From a virus: 64,000 nucleotides of DNA. Location: IMG/VR virus record IMGVR_UViG_3300047409_000468, positions 1-64,000 of that record, one strand, 5' to 3'. Both the position numbers and the translations under genes were made by a program. The notes below the pieces were generated by a model, which saw only the letters and a list, made by a program, of their open reading frames with translations, was not told the origin of the DNA and did no database searches. How positions within the stretch are numbered: position 1 is the first letter of the stretch; each line of letters begins with the position of its first letter. Shown piece after piece: positions 1 to 8,451 of the stretch.

Positions 1-432
1 CGCCCACATGGGGTCAAACACATAGTCGACGAGGTAAGCCGATTTGCTCGGGTACTTCGTGCCGTTGGTGCTGATCAGGTAAGCCCCACTAAACACCTTG
101 GCACGGGCCTTGCGCCGGGCTTCTGTAATCTCGAGAAATCGCTTCGGGTCCCATGGTAACGGCACCCCGCCGAGCGCCTCCAGCATGGGGATATTGTTCA
201 TGTGCCGAGCTATGACGAAGGCAAACCACAGGTCCGGATTAGCGGCATGCGGCTCGCGCCAGTGCACGCGCAGCCATGCGGTCACGGTATCGAGCTCGCG
301 ATACACGTTGCAGAACCGGTATTGCTGAAATATCGGGTCGTCAGTCCACTCTACCGCCGGTCGTCCAGCTGCCCGGTACAGATAGATGCAGTGTCGCTTG
401 TAAGCGAAGTCCCACACTTCTTGGGTGCGCAT
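1..432 (-). CDS. aGPT-Pplase1 family (amino-acid:DNA transferase / 5-hmdU-modification helical domain) thymidine hypermodification enzyme; 3' end runs off the window
   Basis: Not in the ORF track. Manual translation from ATG 432 gives MRTQEVWDFAYKRHCIYLYRAAGRPAVEWTDDPIFQQYRFCNVYRELDTVTAWL...WFAFVIARHMN...VFSGAYLI. WT-x-DP-I-x-x-x-YRFCNV-x-RE-x-D is the family signature. Confidence 0.85.
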   Translation of the reverse strand, partial: MRTQEVWDFAYKRHCIYLYRAAGRPAVEWTDDPIFQQYRFCNVYRELDTVTAWLRVHWREPHAANPDLWFAFVIARHMNNIPMLEALGGVPLPWDPKRFLEITEARRKARAKVFSGAYLISTNGTKYPSKSAYLVDYVFDPMWA

Positions 433-480
433 GTTATTGGCAGAGAGACCCGCCGCTGGTGCGACGGGCCTTTCCTTCCT

Positions 481-1191
481 TCAAGCAGCCTTCTTCTTAC
501 GGCTCTTCTTTGCCGGCTTGCTCTCCTCGTCGTCGTCCTCATTATCGGCAACGACGCCGGGACGCAGGCTGATGTAGCCACGCTCCGGGGCGGAATCATA
601 TGCAATGTCAACTGCCGTGACGCCGGCCTCCTTGGCCTCCTTCACGGTCATGCCATCCTCATACAATTCGAACCGCGCATAGGCGGCGGACCCTTCGCGC
701 TTGGGGTTCTTACCATCCTCGGTCGTCACTGTGATAATCGAGTTTTCGTCGATACGCTTGCGTGCCTCTTCGGCCATCGCTCTTTCCTTTCTGTTGGTTA
801 CATGTTCCGCAGAAGACCGCGTGCCCGTGTCGAAGGATCGAAGGATCCGGCCTTCACGGAACACGCGGTCTTCCTTTATGATACGGACGATTTCGGTTGG
901 ATCGGTCGGTGGCGTACCTGCCGCTCCTGCTACCACGGTCCATAGCAACTGCATGGCGTCCACGGTGAGTGGCCAGTTCTCGATAGCTTCGACAAGGCGG
1001 ACCCTGTTCCTGCCATCTGCGAACCGGAGCAAATCATTGATTCGCCCTCGCCCGTATAGCTCTGCAAGTTGACTAGGCGTCGATGCAAAGACATCATCCA
1101 TCTGCGCAATGGGGTGCAAGCGCGCCGCCCGCAGGTCCTTGAACTTCCAGGCGTCACCTAACCCATTACGTGTCAGTACGATGCAGTGCAT
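481..1191 (-). CDS. Hypothetical protein with C-terminal NPK-GS/DGMT domain and an acidic then basic tail; possible internal start at 777
   Basis: Contains KNPKREGSAAYARFELYEDGMTVKEAKEAGVTAVDIAYDSAPERGYISL. Promoter upstream; AAGGA RBS before the internal ATG at 777. Confidence 0.8.
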   Translation of the reverse strand: MHCIVLTRNGLGDAWKFKDLRAARLHPIAQMDDVFASTPSQLAELYGRGRINDLLRFADGRNRVRLVEAIENWPLTVDAMQLLWTVVAGAAGTPPTDPTEIVRIIKEDRVFREGRILRSFDTGTRSSAEHVTNRKERAMAEEARKRIDENSIITVTTEDGKNPKREGSAAYARFELYEDGMTVKEAKEAGVTAVDIAYDSAPERGYISLRPGVVADNEDDDEESKPAKKSRKKKAA

Positions 1192-1217
1192 TCAATCGTC
1201 TTTCTCATGCACACTCA

Positions 1218-1246
1218 GTCTTATACTCTTTTTCCGCTAATGTAAA
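1218..1246 (-). promoter_or_regulatory. sigma70-type promoter TTTACA-N17-TAAGAC
   Basis: Member of the repeated TTTACA-N17-TA(G/A) promoter family; lies upstream of the 1191 start. Confidence 0.6.
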
Positions 1247-1249
1247 GAG

Positions 1250-1414
1250 CTATTTGCCGTTCGGTCTACTGGTAGTCTCCGGCTGCTTGACTGTAGTCAC
1301 TCTGCATGTCTTACACACATAGCGCATGTACCTATCGACGACGATCTTTGGTGCGTCATCATCTATTTCGAATGTCTTGCTACAAAACGGACAGACACCC
1401 CACCGCTGTATCAT
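1250..1414 (-). CDS. Small zinc-ribbon protein (54 aa)
   Basis: Manual translation MIQRWGVCPFCSKTFEI...YVCKTCRV... has two CxxC pairs; AGGGG RBS. Confidence 0.55.
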   Translation of the reverse strand: MIQRWGVCPFCSKTFEIDDDAPKIVVDRYMRYVCKTCRVTTVKQPETTSRPNGK

Positions 1415-1423
1415 AATTACCCC

Positions 1424-1528
1424 CTATGCCACGAAGAACCATACCATAGCCCCCAATATCACCATGATAAGGGCTGCTATCAACAAGCCCCGGCACCCGG
1501 CCAGTTTATCGCTATTATCGTCATTCAT
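1424..1528 (-). CDS. Small single-pass membrane protein (34 aa)
   Basis: MNDDNSDKLAGCRGLLIAALIMVILGAMVWFFVA; ATGA overlap with the helicase stop. Confidence 0.5.
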   Translation of the reverse strand: MNDDNSDKLAGCRGLLIAALIMVILGAMVWFFVA

Positions 1529-3033
1529 AAATTGTAACTGCGCTCTCGATTGCGTTGCGGCGACACTATCGTCAACCTGTGCTTGGCGCGTGTGGCCGCG
1601 ACGTACCATGTGCGCGCCTCGTCGTCCGATGCCTTCTGGGCCTCCACGTAGGTACGCCACGCCCTGTCGGTCAGTATAATCACGTGGTCTGCCTGCGCGC
1701 CCTTGGCCCCGTGTATGGTCGACACACGCACCTTGGGTGCCTCCGTAAGCTTCTGCCCGCTGCGCAGCGCCGCCGTCATATAGATACGCTCTTTTGCCTT
1801 GATGGCCACCAGCGCATCGTACCATACGGCATCGGTAAGCAACCCGCCGGCTTCCTTTAAATCCTGTAACGTCACCATCTGGTCGCGGTCTTTCCACGCC
1901 GGCAGTTTCTTGTTGCCCCACGTAAAGCCATGATGCACTTTCATCTCAGCATAAATCTTGGCTGCCTGTTCTACAGTGATTTCCTCGCCACGCCGCAGCC
2001 GCTCCCAATTCAGTATTGCTTCTACCAGCGAATGGCGCACCGATGAATTACCCCGGTACTCGTACAGATACCCAAAAGAATTCAACCACGGTATCGCATC
2101 GTCCTGTAAAAAACACGAGTTACGCCCCAGCACCAGCGTATCTTCCGTGATATCGAACCCCGCATCTTCCAGTTGGCTGACGCGCCCCACCACCCCCGTG
2201 CCCTTGCGCGGTTCCCACAGCTTGGCGCGGCGCACACTGACACGCGCCAAAATCCTGAGCGCTACATCCTGTATCTCAGGCGGCACCCGCCAGCTATAAC
2301 CCAGCACGGTCTCTTGCCCCGGCAACGCAATGAAATGGTCCACCGCCGCCCCGGCCCAGCGGTAAATCGCTTGGTCATCGTCCCCTGCGACGGCAACGCG
2401 CCGCGCGCCCTTGGCGAGGCGTGCCACCACATGCCATTGCAGCATGGACAGGTCCTGTGCTTCATCTACAAACAGCACTTGCAGTTGCTGATTCCAACCC
2501 TGCTCGACGAACCGCGCCAACATATCTGTAAAATCTAAATAACCATTTTTCGCCTTGAACTTGACCAGCCCTTTAGAAAAGTTCTCCACCAGCGGCCAAG
2601 GCAAGTTGTCATTAGATTCGTTATATTGCTCCAGCAGAGGTACGCCACGCACCCGCGCCATGTTATCGATAAACAGGCATCTATCACCGGTTTGGAACCC
2701 GAACGTAGATCCCTCCTCCAAGGAGGCAAAGGTACTGATAGGCTGCCCGATATAATTGCTGAACTCAGTCAGCTTCTTGCCCTCAAACACCACGCTGCGG
2801 TTCAGGCCCAGCGCGGCAAAGCACAGGCTGTGCAGCGTGCGGACCCACGGCAGGTCCTTGTCCCCCAGCCCGAACTTGGCCTTGGCCCTTTCTCTGGCCT
2901 CCTGCGCCGCCCGCCGGGTGAAGCTGACAAACCCTATACTGCCCGGCGGCGTCCCCCGGTCTAGCTCCTGCTCCATCTGCTCAAGCAGAAAGGTGGTCTT
3001 GCCAGTGCCGGGGGGGCCGAGGACGATTTCCAT
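1525..3033 (-). CDS. UvrD/Rep-like SF1 DNA helicase
   Basis: Walker A GPPGTGKT, VSFTRRAA, TLHSLCF, Walker B FVDEAQD, GDDDQAIYRWAGA, STIHGAKGAQAD, YVAATRAK. Confidence 0.95.
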   Translation of the reverse strand: MEIVLGPPGTGKTTFLLEQMEQELDRGTPPGSIGFVSFTRRAAQEARERAKAKFGLGDKDLPWVRTLHSLCFAALGLNRSVVFEGKKLTEFSNYIGQPISTFASLEEGSTFGFQTGDRCLFIDNMARVRGVPLLEQYNESNDNLPWPLVENFSKGLVKFKAKNGYLDFTDMLARFVEQGWNQQLQVLFVDEAQDLSMLQWHVVARLAKGARRVAVAGDDDQAIYRWAGAAVDHFIALPGQETVLGYSWRVPPEIQDVALRILARVSVRRAKLWEPRKGTGVVGRVSQLEDAGFDITEDTLVLGRNSCFLQDDAIPWLNSFGYLYEYRGNSSVRHSLVEAILNWERLRRGEEITVEQAAKIYAEMKVHHGFTWGNKKLPAWKDRDQMVTLQDLKEAGGLLTDAVWYDALVAIKAKERIYMTAALRSGQKLTEAPKVRVSTIHGAKGAQADHVIILTDRAWRTYVEAQKASDDEARTWYVAATRAKHRLTIVSPQRNRERSYNL

Positions 3034-3479
3034 TATTTTCCAGCTAAAAAGACTGCTCGCAACTCCGCGACGGTAAAAACATCACCAACACGCTGGTCGT
3101 CACCAACTTGGGCTTTCATTTCCGCCGATAACGAATCCACCGCCCGCAATTGCCGACCAGTCATTGACATTATTGTATCTAGCCACAGGCGAATAATCTT
3201 TTCTTTTTCGTCTGCTTCGATACGAGCTCTAGTTGATGCAGATACATTCCTCCGTGGTTTTATTTTCTTTTCCACATTAGTCCACTGATGCTGTACCGCA
3301 TAATGAAGAACAGTGATTTGTGCGTCTCTTGATGCGTCTATAAACCAACGGTCATATATATAGTTGGCAACAGATAATGCATCCTCACACCCGGCCCGAC
3401 GAGCACGTATCATGGCATCTTGAAGATCTCGTGCCTTGTTAGTGCCCTTGGTTTCTGGTTCATGGTTTAGTTCAGCCAT
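3033..3479 (-). CDS. Hypothetical protein in an AT-richer insertion
   Basis: 148-aa ORF with GGAGA RBS, abutting the helicase start. Confidence 0.7.
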   Translation of the reverse strand: MAELNHEPETKGTNKARDLQDAMIRARRAGCEDALSVANYIYDRWFIDASRDAQITVLHYAVQHQWTNVEKKIKPRRNVSASTRARIEADEKEKIIRLWLDTIMSMTGRQLRAVDSLSAEMKAQVGDDQRVGDVFTVAELRAVFLAGK

Positions 3480-3490
3480 TTTACTTCTCC

Positions 3491-4327
3491 TTATATTTCT
3501 ATACCAAACACTTCTTGTAACACGCGACGCCTCACGCGGCGACGTATCGCAGCCTCTTGTTTTGGGCTGATTTCATCTCCTATAGGTTCGTCGTGTGGAA
3601 GCGGTGCTTTGTCATCACCACCCATTGGCTCAATACGCGCAGCATACCTCGCTAACGCTATCGCTTTTGCTTGAATAAAATTCAAGCAGTCATTATCGTC
3701 ATCAAAGTCGTCAGCAAGGCCAAGGTTTCGCTTCACGTATGGCGAAGCCCTGCCAGTAATCGTGGTGCCAAGATGAATCCGCATGACCCATATGCCCGGT
3801 TTCCAAGGGTTGCGTCTAATATACCCTAAGCACAACTTACCTAACTTCACGTGCTGCCAGTAAATTGTATCCCCCGTTACAAGTTTTCTCCGCGATTCAC
3901 GCGAGGTGATATTGTACTTTGCCACAGGCATATCGGGCATATCCTCCGGTGCTTTGTTAGTCCACGCCTTTACTTTTGTGACAGTCCTACGATACCCACT
4001 CTGACATTTCTTATGATATTCACTCTGACACTGTTTACACCGATAACATAAACCATCAACACTTTTAGCTCTTCGTGAAAATTCTGCCCAAGGTTTCCAC
4101 TTTTCGCATCCAGTACAACGTTTTCGCTGCACCTGCTTTAATCTAGCGTGTTCCTTTTTATTCTCACTTATCTTCTTCTTTACTTCCGGTCTCTGTTCGT
4201 ATTCATTCCTACATTGCTTACACTCATCGTGGTGATTATCTGGGCGTTTTTTATTATGATGGAAACACGACAAAGCTTTCCATGTTTTACAGTGAGAACA
4301 ACGTTTATTATCTCCTATCGCCAGCAT
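3491..4327 (-). CDS. Two treble-clef-like zinc fingers fused to an integrase-type arm-DNA-binding-like domain; no catalytic domain
   Basis: KRCSHCK...ECKQC and KRCTGCE...RCKQC. C-terminal YW..LGYIRR..GIWVMR..Y..RNLGLADD..LNFIQAKA resembles N-termini of alphaproteobacterial tyrosine integrases. Confidence 0.6.
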   Translation of the reverse strand: MLAIGDNKRCSHCKTWKALSCFHHNKKRPDNHHDECKQCRNEYEQRPEVKKKISENKKEHARLKQVQRKRCTGCEKWKPWAEFSRRAKSVDGLCYRCKQCQSEYHKKCQSGYRRTVTKVKAWTNKAPEDMPDMPVAKYNITSRESRRKLVTGDTIYWQHVKLGKLCLGYIRRNPWKPGIWVMRIHLGTTITGRASPYVKRNLGLADDFDDDNDCLNFIQAKAIALARYAARIEPMGGDDKAPLPHDEPIGDEISPKQEAAIRRRVRRRVLQEVFGIEI

Positions 4328-4360
4328 TTGTTTGCCTTCTTAATTCACACCTTTTCGCGT

Positions 4361-4390
4361 ATGATAAACATCGTTACGAATAAATGTAAA
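4361..4390 (-). promoter_or_regulatory. sigma70-type promoter TTTACA-N18-TATCAT
   Basis: AT-rich intergenic stretch upstream of the 4327 start. Confidence 0.55.
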
Positions 4391-4491
4391 TAGGTAATAA
4401 TTGCAGATGCTTACGGCCTTGGGCGATGCTGGCTGAAATATTGCGCCGCAAGCAGCCACCAGAGCTCACAGCGCTCGGCGCGTGTTATGAG

Positions 4492-4692
4492 TCAAACCAG
4501 CCCTTCCTTCTCGGCCAGCCACGTAGGCAGGGTATATTCATAAATGGGCTTAGTGCGACTCGTGCGTTCACCCTGCTCCACGAACTTCTTGGGCAGCCAC
4601 ACAGCCTCGTCTTCCTCCCCGGTAGACGACAAAAGTATCCCGTCCATTGTCTCGTGGTGCAGGTAAAGTTCTAGCTCTACAGTTTTAGGCAT
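4492..4692 (-). CDS. Small phage hypothetical protein
   Basis: 66 aa, HHETMDGILL...VWLPKK...TLPTWLAEKEGL, a pattern common in small phage proteins; AGGA RBS. Confidence 0.7.
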   Translation of the reverse strand: MPKTVELELYLHHETMDGILLSSTGEEDEAVWLPKKFVEQGERTSRTKPIYEYTLPTWLAEKEGLV

Positions 4693-4699
4693 ATCCTAC

Positions 4700-5005
4700 T
4701 CACAACTCCTTGTAGCTTTCGTCGGCGTAGTCGAGATAGCCACCGGGGAAGTACTCCCCGACCAGCCACCAGTGGCCGTAGTGGTGCCGGCGGATGTCGA
4801 GACCATAAAAGTTCTTCAGGTCAGCTATGTAGTGGCCGGGGAGGCGGCGACCGTTCGCTATCTCCCGTATGGCGCGGAGCGGGACGACAGTCAGCGGCGG
4901 GTAGAAGAGGTCGAGCACGGCCCTCAGCTTGGTGCCGGGCGACGGGAGGTCGTGGTGGTGACCACGGCCCTTGGCCTCGGCGGCGGAGACGGTCCGCATG
5001 TTCAA
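4700..5005 (-). CDS. Hypothetical protein, possibly winged-helix
   Basis: Overlaps the primase stop; GTKLRAVLDLF...IADLKNFYGLDIRR. Confidence 0.55.
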   Translation of the reverse strand: MNMRTVSAAEAKGRGHHHDLPSPGTKLRAVLDLFYPPLTVVPLRAIREIANGRRLPGHYIADLKNFYGLDIRRHHYGHWWLVGEYFPGGYLDYADESYKEL

Positions 5006-6606
5006 ATAGCTCCAGGAGGCACTGCCGGGGGCTCCACGCTAACCGATTTCTGTATGGCCGCCTTCGGCACCGACCAGCAACGCACGGCAACCATCTCACC
5101 CTCGTCCTTGACGCGGATAGTTTCTTTTTGTCCGCCCAGCGCATGCTTCATTCTAATAATCATCTGGCTGCGCGTGTATATCTTAAAGTTGGCATCATTC
5201 AGATACTTCTGCAAGTCCTTCAACCGGAAGATATACTTGTGATTTATGTCATGTTCATCGGTGTCGTCTAGCCACGGACGCCCCAGCAATATATCTTCTT
5301 TCGATTTAGCGCGGTGCTTGTTGTTGACGAACTCTTCCAGCAACTCCACAAACTGCCCGACCAGCCCGACCTCGGGCGGTGCATCGATAATCGTAACCTC
5401 GGCTAACAGGGCAGACACCACCACATCCCAATCGGCCTGCTTCATACCCTTGAACAGGACATTCATTTCAATGACGCACACCTTTTGAAACGCTCGATAA
5501 TTCATAAGCGCTTCCGTCGTAAACTCTAGACGATTTTCCCGCACGGTCAAGAACCACAGCGGCTCGTCTGTATTAAGCTTGGTCAACCCGCCAACCACGG
5601 GCATTTCATTAGTCTCAGACCCGACACCGTATTTGCGTATCCTGCATAGTGCGCTGTTGCAGTGCGCTACGATAGGCTGGTCCTTGCATGGATAGAAATA
5701 GTTCTTCTGCTCTAGCCGTTTAATGATGTCTACCATCTCGGACGCTGGCAAGGGTGGCTGTGCATAGTCGCGATTCCATTGCTCTAACACTTCCTTCCAT
5801 TTCCTGGGATATTTCTTCTTGGCAAATATACCCATGGCCATGATGCCATTGTTTCGTGAACCCGGCCCCAGCCCTATGGATGAAAGGTACTGCATGCACG
5901 GCGGACCATCTTTGAAATCTATACCGCTGCCCTCCGGCGCATTATCCCCACCATTGGCTGTGTGTTTTTCATTCGATGGGCCATCTATCCACGTTGCCGG
6001 CTGCAAGTGCGGTTCGGTTTCAATACGGCTAAGAAACTCCTCAAGCGACATGAACGTACCATCATCATTATAAGCCCGGCGAGTATCACCAAAATACGGC
6101 ATATTCAGCCAACTGCCCAAATCGCCGCGCTCTAATGCCACCGAATGTTGTTTGGGGAATACCTCTGCGCCACCGTGCTTGAGCATAGCGGCCATTTCCT
6201 TCAGGCGAAATTGCAACCCGGCTGATGTCACCGGGTCTTTAACGTGCACAAACAGATGTAGGCCATTAGACTTGGACGCACATCCGATAATCGGATAGTG
6301 CGCCTTGCGGCAAAGTTTCAGTATCTCTACAGGCTCTATATCATACTGGTCAATATCGATACAGCCCCACAAACAGGTATTGTTATCGCGTATGGGTATG
6401 ACACCCAGTGGCCTTACACCGTTCAGGTGGTCCAACCACATCTCGGCCGTCACCAACCCACGCTTGGTGTAGGCGGTGGCCTTAATTTCAACCTTGCCGC
6501 CATGCATCGCGCCAACCGCCGCAGCCACGTGGTCATAACTACCGTATGCCTGATCATATCCCTCAAAACACTTCAGCATGCGCCGCGCAAGCTTGATGTC
6601 AGCCAT
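5002..6606 (-). CDS. Archaeo-eukaryotic-type primase (primpol) with PriCT-like domain
   Basis: CIDID (DxD), SKSNGLHLF (SxxGxH), EVFPKQ, LNMPYF; PriCT-like GSRNN...WN...PPLPASEM; C-terminal Cys/His cluster. Confidence 0.8.
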   Translation of the reverse strand: MADIKLARRMLKCFEGYDQAYGSYDHVAAAVGAMHGGKVEIKATAYTKRGLVTAEMWLDHLNGVRPLGVIPIRDNNTCLWGCIDIDQYDIEPVEILKLCRKAHYPIIGCASKSNGLHLFVHVKDPVTSAGLQFRLKEMAAMLKHGGAEVFPKQHSVALERGDLGSWLNMPYFGDTRRAYNDDGTFMSLEEFLSRIETEPHLQPATWIDGPSNEKHTANGGDNAPEGSGIDFKDGPPCMQYLSSIGLGPGSRNNGIMAMGIFAKKKYPRKWKEVLEQWNRDYAQPPLPASEMVDIIKRLEQKNYFYPCKDQPIVAHCNSALCRIRKYGVGSETNEMPVVGGLTKLNTDEPLWFLTVRENRLEFTTEALMNYRAFQKVCVIEMNVLFKGMKQADWDVVVSALLAEVTIIDAPPEVGLVGQFVELLEEFVNNKHRAKSKEDILLGRPWLDDTDEHDINHKYIFRLKDLQKYLNDANFKIYTRSQMIIRMKHALGGQKETIRVKDEGEMVAVRCWSVPKAAIQKSVSVEPPAVPPGAI

Positions 6607-6619
6607 TTTCCACCTCGTA

Positions 6620-6655
6620 TGGAAAAGAAGAATATGCGGAGGGTTGCCCCTCCGC
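6620..6655 (-). terminator. Putative intrinsic terminator/attenuator after the SSB-like gene
   Basis: GCGGAGGG-GCAA-CCCTCCGC followed by ATATTCTTCTTTT on the minus strand. Confidence 0.55.
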
Positions 6656-6680
6656 TAATCCGGGTTATGCCCCCCTGGAA

Positions 6681-7544
6681 TTAAATTTCGCTAGATGCGC
6701 CGCCGCCAGCGCCGCCTTCGTCAGTCGATGCCGTGATAGCACCGGTCTTGGCACTGTCGTGCAACGCCTTGCCCGCCGCACGGACACCAGCGTCGCGTAT
6801 CAGGCCACCGTCGGCCACAGTGGCCACAAAGAACGAACCCTTGTTGTTCTCGCGCGGCTTGGAGCCTACGATGTATTTGCGGGTCCATGCGGCCGGCGTG
6901 AACAGTTGCCCGTTCGCCGGGTTGGTCATCTTGAAATCATTCATAGTGGTCATCCACTGCCGGCTGGCCGTGTGCCCGGTAGAACTGAACGCCAGCACGG
7001 CAGGCTTCACCGTGTTCTCACCCACCACGTTGCCAAAGTGATAGCGTGTATCGATCAGGTCATGCAGCCCGTCGGCAGTCTTCCATATCTTCTTGCCGGG
7101 GTCCTGCGGGTCGGTAATCTGCCTGCCACCGATACGCTTCATCGTATCTTCAACAGTGCCCTGCAACGGGTGCCGAGCCACGAAGCCGCCGCCATCATTG
7201 CGCGGCACCCACTCCACGATTTCACGGTTAAAGTAGCAGTGCTGAAACTCCAGCTGCGGCTTGCCGGTGCGCTCGGCCATGGCGGCGTCACCCGCCCACA
7301 GCTTCTTGGTCGCACGGTCCATGTACATGCCGGGTTCGGCCCCGTCGACATAGTTGGGGTCGCGCTTCTTTATCTCAGGGCTCATGTCCTGCAACAGCAC
7401 GATAAACGGTACGATGTTATCGTCCGCCGACGTGGACAGCCCAGCCCCGGCATCGGCAATCAGTTCCTCCAGCAAATCCGTAGGTATGACATTACGATTG
7501 TCTTGCGCGGCAACCTGCTTGCCGTTCTTCGCTTCTTTGGCCAT
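6681..7544 (-). CDS. Putative ssDNA-binding/annealing replication protein
   Basis: 287 aa in the replication cluster. IPF-x-x-LLQ-x-MSPE, EWVPR..GGGFV, NNKG-x-F pattern and acidic/Gly tail typical of these phage SSB-like proteins. Confidence 0.55.
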   Translation of the reverse strand: MAKEAKNGKQVAAQDNRNVIPTDLLEELIADAGAGLSTSADDNIVPFIVLLQDMSPEIKKRDPNYVDGAEPGMYMDRATKKLWAGDAAMAERTGKPQLEFQHCYFNREIVEWVPRNDGGGFVARHPLQGTVEDTMKRIGGRQITDPQDPGKKIWKTADGLHDLIDTRYHFGNVVGENTVKPAVLAFSSTGHTASRQWMTTMNDFKMTNPANGQLFTPAAWTRKYIVGSKPRENNKGSFFVATVADGGLIRDAGVRAAGKALHDSAKTGAITASTDEGGAGGGASSEI

Positions 7545-7546
7545 GA

Positions 7547-8143
7547 TTACTCCTTGGCGTTGGTGATTTTTACGATGCGACCTATGGTGCCGCCGATAAC
7601 GTCCAGCGGCGGCAGTATCTTATCCGGGTCGTCGGATTCATGCAGCTCTTTAAGCCACTTGGTCAAAGTCGACCAAACAACCTCACGCTTGGTTTCAACG
7701 GCAGCCATCTGAAACCGCTTGCGCAACAGGTCTGCCGCCAGCTTCGCCTCTTCACCTGCCCCACGCGGGAACATGGCGATGACGCTGTTCTTGATTAAGT
7801 CACCCGCATCATGCGCCTCCAGCCACGCAAAACCGGGATGGTCCTGCTCAGCCACCGGGATGACCGCCTTGTAATACGGCTGCGCCTGGAACTTGCGCCC
7901 GCCCACTTGCAGCATTTGGATGTGGGTCTCATCCATCATGTCGATGAGCTCACTTTCCATAATGGTCCGTCGCCGTGTCTTAAGCTCGGCTATGCGTGCC
8001 TCGTTCAAAGCAATGCGGTCATCAATGTCATTGACCTCAGCCGCCAGTTCCTGCATCCGCTCCAGCGTAGGCGCTTCCGGCTCTACCGGGGGCTCCCCGG
8101 CAGCCTCCTCCGCCAGCCGCGCCACCAAGTCTTCTTGTGTCAT
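7547..8143 (-). CDS. Conserved phage replication-region protein with N-terminal coiled coil
   Basis: FAWLEAHDAGDLIKN...VVWSTLTKWLKE pattern seen upstream of SSB genes in related phages. Confidence 0.6.
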   Translation of the reverse strand: MTQEDLVARLAEEAAGEPPVEPEAPTLERMQELAAEVNDIDDRIALNEARIAELKTRRRTIMESELIDMMDETHIQMLQVGGRKFQAQPYYKAVIPVAEQDHPGFAWLEAHDAGDLIKNSVIAMFPRGAGEEAKLAADLLRKRFQMAAVETKREVVWSTLTKWLKELHESDDPDKILPPLDVIGGTIGRIVKITNAKE

Positions 8144-8260
8144 GCAAACACCCCTTTGACTGTTTCTTACCAGTCTACGCTCGCGCCAATCAATCCACCA
8201 ATTTAAATTGGCACTATAAGGCTTTTATTTTTGCCCCCCATGCCCTGCCCAAAAACCAAA

Positions 8261-8290
8261 AGGCTGGAGTTACAGGAGTAACGGAGTTAC
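8261..8290 (+). repeat. 30-bp element AGGCTGGAGTTACAGGAGTAACGGAGTTAC, copy 1; inverted copy at 48182-48211
   Basis: Exact reverse-complement match; three GGAGT(T/A)AC units. Confidence 0.9.
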
Positions 8291-8386
8291 TCCACATCGC
8301 GCGACCTTACCCCACAAGGGTTTGCTTCCGTACTCTTATGGTACTCTATATACTCCTATAGGGCCAAATCGGTTCCAAAACGGCAT

Positions 8387-8415
8387 TTTACATCTGTCTA
8401 AATAGCAAGTATGCT
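8387..8415 (+). promoter_or_regulatory. sigma70-type promoter TTTACA-N17-TATGCT
   Basis: Directly upstream of the SNF2 helicase ATG at 8452. Confidence 0.65.
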
Positions 8416-8451
8416 GCGATAAGACGCTGCAAACAGATCCCCGGGAACGAA

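Noticed and set aside
3491-4327. Functional integrase or HNH homing endonuclease
   Set aside because: No R-H-R-Y recombinase residues and no HNH/EndoVII catalytic motif; only binding-type domains are visible.
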